Source: Spirochaetia bacterium (GTDB lineage Bacteria > Spirochaetota > Spirochaetia > SZUA-6 > Bin103). From it: DNA of 64,000 nt. The position numbers and the translations under genes were made by a program. A model generated the notes under the pieces. The model searched no databases. It worked only from the letters and a program-made list of their open reading frames with translations, and was not told the origin of the DNA. Each line of letters opens with the position of its first letter. The stretch's first letter is position 1. This document shows, piece after piece, positions 60,124 to 64,000 of this stretch. The DNA is taken from contig CBDATQ010000001.1 of assembly GCA_965199955.1 (NCBI GenBank), forward strand, positions 1,664,001 through 1,728,000, read 5' to 3'.

Positions 60124-60922
60124 CGAACGGGCGCTCACGGCCGCGCTGATCGCCGGCTTGGCGGCGCTGCCGGCCGCCGCCCAAACCGAGCCGCCCGCGT
60201 ACGATCCCGGTTTCTACCTGCTGCTCATGTGGCATCAGCATCAGCCGCTCTATCCCAAGGACGGGGACGTCGTCTATTCCCGCCCGTGGGTACGGGTGCA
60301 CGCGACCAAGGACTACCTCGACATGGCGGCCCTGGTCGCCGAGCACCCCGGCGTGCGGGCGGTGTTCAACCTCGCTTGGACCGATCCCGACTTCCTGGCA
60401 GCCGCCCCGCTGGCGGACCTGGTGGCGCGCGGACGCGGCTTCGCCGAACAGGACAAGGAGGTGGTGCTGGCCGAGCACCGGCGCATCCTCCGGCAGGTGA
60501 TCCCCCTGCACGCGCGCCTGTGGGAGGAGGGCCGCATCGAGGCGACCACCACGCCGCTCGCGCACCCGATCCTGCCGCTGATCGCCGACACCGACTTCGC
60601 GCTGGCCGGAAACCCAACGGCGCGCCTGCCCGAGCATCGCTACCGGGAGATCATCGACGCCGACCAGCAGGTGATCCGCGGCCTGGACGTCGCCGAGCGG
60701 CTGCCCGGCCGCAACGCCGCGCTGCCGGCGGGCCACGGCTGGGAATACGCGCTCACCGTGGAAGGCTGGGACTCCGCGTTCTACGTGGCTGACGCGGCCG
60801 GAGCGCTGGAGGAACGCCAGCCATCGTTCGACCTGGTGGTGTTTCCCGCCAAGGGCCGGGTGGTGGTCCGGCTCCTGCGGGAGCTCTCTACTCGCCCGCG
60901 ACCGGCCCGATCGACGGCCTGA
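60120..60922 (+). pseudogene. GH57 amylopullulanase remnant with a C-terminal glucodextranase-like fragment
   Basis: [30 protein letters not shown], then [15 protein letters not shown]; catalytic core missing. Confidence 0.8.
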
Positions 60923-61045
60923 TAGCGGACGACTTCGGCCGCATCCCGCTGCTCACCCGACACTGAGCCAGGGCAACGTGCCGACGGTCTTCGTCTGCAC
61001 GTCCGAGTTGGATGCACAGCTTTGGGCGCGCTACATTGTGTTCCG

Positions 61046-61839
61046 ATGCGCCTGACCCATCTCACGCTGAAGAACTGGCGGAACTTCAAGCATGCGGACT
61101 TCGACCTCCAGGACCGGATGTTCGTCATCGGTCCAAACGCCTCGGGCAAGTCGAACCTCCTCGATGCGCTGCGGTTCCTCAAGCAGATCGCTTCCACCGG
61201 CGGTGGATTCCAGGATGCCGTCGACCGCAGAGGAGGGATGTCCCGAATCCGGTGTCTCGCCGCGAGGAACCTCAATCACGGCCACGTGACACTGGGAATC
61301 AATTGAGTCGAATCAACCAGGCGCTGAAGGTGGCCGTTCCCCAACTCGACCGACTTGAGCTGGTGCAGGATGAGATTGGAGGCTGGCATCTGGAGGCCCG
61401 CTACCAGCACTGGAGGCCGCAACCTGCTCGACATAACGAGCGCGAGTTCTCGGACGGAACACTTCGACTGGTAGGTCTCTTGTGGGCTCTGTTGGAAGGG
61501 AACAGATCGGGCGGACCCGTGCTGCTCGAGGAGCCCGAACTGTCGCTCCACCTGTCGGTCGTGAGGCAACTCCCGGCTATCCTCAGCCGCGTTCGAAGAG
61601 CCGGGGGCTCGCAGGTATTGCTCACCACCCATTCCGCGGAGGTGCTGCAGGACCCCGGTCTGGGAAAGGACGAGGTCGTGCTCCTTCGTCCTGGCGACGA
61701 AGGCACGGAGGCCGAGACGGCGGCCTCGGTCCAGGACATCCAGCCGCTTCTGGATACCGGGCTGAGCTTGGCCGAGATTCTCGTCCCAAGGACCGAACCT
61801 GACGAGATCCAGGATCTTCCGAACCGGCTCGTCAGGTGA
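61046..61839 (+). pseudogene. AAA_21/ABC-like ATPase with internal deletion
   Basis: LKNWRNF..IGPNASGKSN..VDRRGG, break near 61300, then FSDGTLRL..LLEEPELSLH..LTTHS in another frame. Confidence 0.85.
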
Positions 61840-62444
61840 CCGTCGTGTATTTCGCGGTCGAAGGAGAAACGGACGTCCCGATCGACGAGCGGGTGCTCCG
61901 CCTGATTGGGGTGAAGCCCATGCGAGCGGTCGTAGCGGGCGGCAAGTCCAAACTCGACCCGAAGATCCCTGATTTGAACCGATCTGGAGCGCATCTGAAC
62001 TGGCTGATCATGCGCGATCTCGACCATGACCAGTCGTGCCCACCGGAGCTGATTCGACGGCTCCTATCCGGCAATAGCCCGTCTTCGCGGGTCAGCATTC
62101 GAGTTCCGGTTCGCGCTGTTGAGAGCTGGATACTCGCCGACGTCGACGGATTCAGTCAGGAGTTTTCGGTTGGCCGGAACCATGTCCCTGCAAGACCAGA
62201 CGACTTGGAGAGTCCCAAACGAGAGCTGGTTGATCTGTGTCGCCGTTCGCGACGATCAGAGATCAAGGCGGCTATGGTTCCGCGTAGCAGCGGGGGCCGG
62301 CTGGTGGGGCCGGAGTACGCGAACCGCATATCCGCGTTTGTTCGGCGACGCTGGGATCCGGAGCGCGCAGCGCATAGATCGCCAAGTCTGTGCAGGGCTT
62401 TGATTGCTCTGAGGAAGTTCGTCGATCGAGGCGTCTGGACGTAG
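61836..62444 (+). CDS. DUF4276-like TOPRIM protein (AAA partner)
   Basis: AVEGETD, RDLD..CPP, AVESWILAD, SPSL; GTGA overlap. Confidence 0.7.
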   Translation: MTVVYFAVEGETDVPIDERVLRLIGVKPMRAVVAGGKSKLDPKIPDLNRSGAHLNWLIMRDLDHDQSCPPELIRRLLSGNSPSSRVSIRVPVRAVESWILADVDGFSQEFSVGRNHVPARPDDLESPKRELVDLCRRSRRSEIKAAMVPRSSGGRLVGPEYANRISAFVRRRWDPERAAHRSPSLCRALIALRKFVDRGVWT

Positions 62445-62458
62445 GATCTGCTACACCG

Positions 62459-62859
62459 GTGGGGACCGCATCCGACCGAACCATCGCCGCGGCCATCGCC
62501 GCCCGGCAGGCGGCAGCGCACCGTACTCCGAGTTCCTCGTCGGCGCCGCGGTACGGAGCGACAGCGGCGCCGTCTACACCGGCTGCAACGTAGAGAACGC
62601 GGCCTACCCGGAGGGGATCTGTGCCGAGGCGTCGGCGATTGCCGCCATGGTCATGGCTGGCGAGCGCCGCATCGCAGAGATCGCCGTGGCCGGCGGCGGC
62701 GTGCACCTGTGCACTTCCTGCGGCGGATGCCGGCAGAAGATCCGGGAGTTCGCCGCCGACACCACTCCGGTGCTCGTGTGCGGCCCCGACGGACTCCGGA
62801 GGCGCTTCACGCTGGGCGACCTGTTGCCGTCGTCCTTCGGGCCGAACAACCTCGCCTGA
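62459..62859 (+). CDS. cdd: Homotetrameric cytidine deaminase, 1-nt frameshift near 62517
   Basis: APYSEFLVGAA, GCNVENAAY, CAE, CGGCRQ, LLPSSFG. Confidence 0.88.
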
Positions 62860-62867
62860 GCGCGGCG

Positions 62868-63254
62868 CTACCTGCTGCCTGCGGCGGCGTGGAGGGCCTG
62901 GTCGAAGGTCTTGATCTGCTTTACGCCGCGTCGGCGGCAGCTCGCCAGATGGCACAGGTCTCGCGCTCCCAGGCCGAGGTGTGTGTCGCTGAGCTGGCGG
63001 GCAAGCGTGACGTCCTCATACTCAAGAGGCCACACATCGACTCCCGATCCGGCAAGCAGCGCGAGCGCGGCATCCAGGGTCTGCAGTCTGCCGACCGGCA
63101 CGTAGGCGTGGAGCATCTCCTGTACCACTTCGGCGGAGGTGCACAGAGGCGTGTCGTCGCGGGCGGACACCTTGAAGAACTCCCGAGCAAGATCTCGAAG
63201 AGGATGCCGTCGCCCGACGGCGTACATGAAGACGTTGGTGTCGACGAACGTCAC
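62868..63254 (-). CDS. vapC: PIN-domain toxin (VapC family)
   Basis: FVDTNVFMYAVG, EVVQE, ARDLCHLA, TFD. Confidence 0.9.
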   Translation of the reverse strand: MTFVDTNVFMYAVGRRHPLRDLAREFFKVSARDDTPLCTSAEVVQEMLHAYVPVGRLQTLDAALALLAGSGVDVWPLEYEDVTLARQLSDTHLGLGARDLCHLASCRRRGVKQIKTFDQALHAAAGSR

Positions 63255-63526
63255 GTGCGAGCCGCTCCACGCCTGCGTGACTCGTTGATCACGTTCAGGT
63301 GTTCGTTCCAGTCGGGTTCCGACTCCGGGCCTGGAAGCTCGTCACATTCCAGGAAGAACGCATCGAGTTCGTCGGGCGACTCGAACGCAGCGGACCGTTG
63401 CAGGCGTTCCAGCCGTTCGTGGGCCGCTGTTCTGAGCCACCCGCTCAGCGTCATGCCCTCACGCCGAGCCTGATGCACGAATCGATCTCGATCCTCTTCC
63501 GGGATCACAAGTTGCACTCTTGCCAT
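63251..63526 (-). CDS. vapB: Antitoxin
   Basis: MARVQLVIP..GMTLSGWLR; 4-nt overlap with the toxin. Confidence 0.8.
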   Translation of the reverse strand: MARVQLVIPEEDRDRFVHQARREGMTLSGWLRTAAHERLERLQRSAAFESPDELDAFFLECDELPGPESEPDWNEHLNVINESRRRGAART

Positions 63527-63549
63527 GATGTCTCTCAGTCGCCGCGTCG

Positions 63550-63568
63550 TGTGTATGTATCATACACA
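63550..63568 (-). promoter_or_regulatory. Palindromic operator over the TA -10 box
   Basis: TGTGTATG-TAT-CATACACA, containing TATGAT on the minus strand. Confidence 0.65.
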
Positions 63569-63691
63569 TAAGCTTCAAGCATGCTTCAAGGGGCGGTGGG
63601 CTACAGTGCCTGTCCCGGAGGCGACGCCGTCGACGTCGGAGTGGCCGACAGGTTCCGTCGGGGCGTATCATTGCACGCCTCAGGTAAGCCG

Positions 63692-64000
63692 ATGAGCAGG
63701 GAGCTGTTGCGTCTCGGGTACTACCCCAAGCTGATCCGCGAACCCACGGAGATTCACAATTCGGACATGCTCGCTCTCAAGGAGATTTGTTGCGTCACCG
63801 AGTGTGGCGGGTATGAAGCGCCGGACGGTTGGATCGATCACGGGAAGCACAACGCCGACACGTGGCTCTTCGACACACCGGAGGCGGCGTGGTCGGTCGT
63901 GCCCGCGCGCGGACCGGAGCGGTACCGTCTCTACGCGTACCGTCTCCTGCCAACGTTGTTTCACGAGTCCGGAGAGGAGACCGAACATCCGTTGTCGGAG
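63692..64000 (+). CDS. Hypothetical protein running off the window end
   Basis: ATG 63692, open to the edge: MSRELLRLGYYPK..WIDHGKHN..WLFDTPEAAW..YRLYAYRL. Confidence 0.55.
   Translation, partial: MSRELLRLGYYPKLIREPTEIHNSDMLALKEICCVTECGGYEAPDGWIDHGKHNADTWLFDTPEAAWSVVPARGPERYRLYAYRLLPTLFHESGEETEHPLSE

Noticed and set aside
59486..60922. 478-aa ORF as a genuine GH13-GH57 fusion enzyme
   Set aside because: Both catalytic machineries are incomplete; the frame continuity is a by-product of deletions and an indel
63680..63988. 102-aa minus-strand ORF
   Set aside because: The plus-strand frame from ATG 63692 looks more protein-like; the minus ORF is probably its shadow
1..64000. CRISPR array, tRNA or rRNA
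   Set aside because: No regularly spaced direct repeats or recognisable structural RNA seen by eye; a covariance search was not run

Overview
GC-rich bacterial window with no core housekeeping, rRNA, tRNA or CRISPR features that I could recognise. It holds: a six-gene ankyrin-repeat cluster; two paralogous DUF4340 / DUF4097 / Opp-type ABC modules that lack ATPase genes; carbohydrate and sulfate catabolic genes (GH29, GH51-like, GHL6-like, sulfatase, enolase superfamily, PhyH dioxygenases); a permease::FG-GAP/ASPIC-UnbV fusion; several toxin-antitoxin and AAA-ATPase loci; an IS1634 remnant; and a collapsed maltodextrin operon. This repertoire resembles marine invertebrate (sponge) symbionts, which is inference only. 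Two window-wide patterns stand out. (1) Many genes keep both ends but have lost their middle, at junctions where both parental segments are expected to share a few bases, and one gene carries an ~85-bp in-place inversion. (2) About 15 genes start 5-9 nt after a -10-like hexamer with no Shine-Dalgarno, which suggests leaderless mRNAs. Several 1-nt frameshifts may be long-read consensus errors. All family calls come from motif recognition by eye; no database searches were run.
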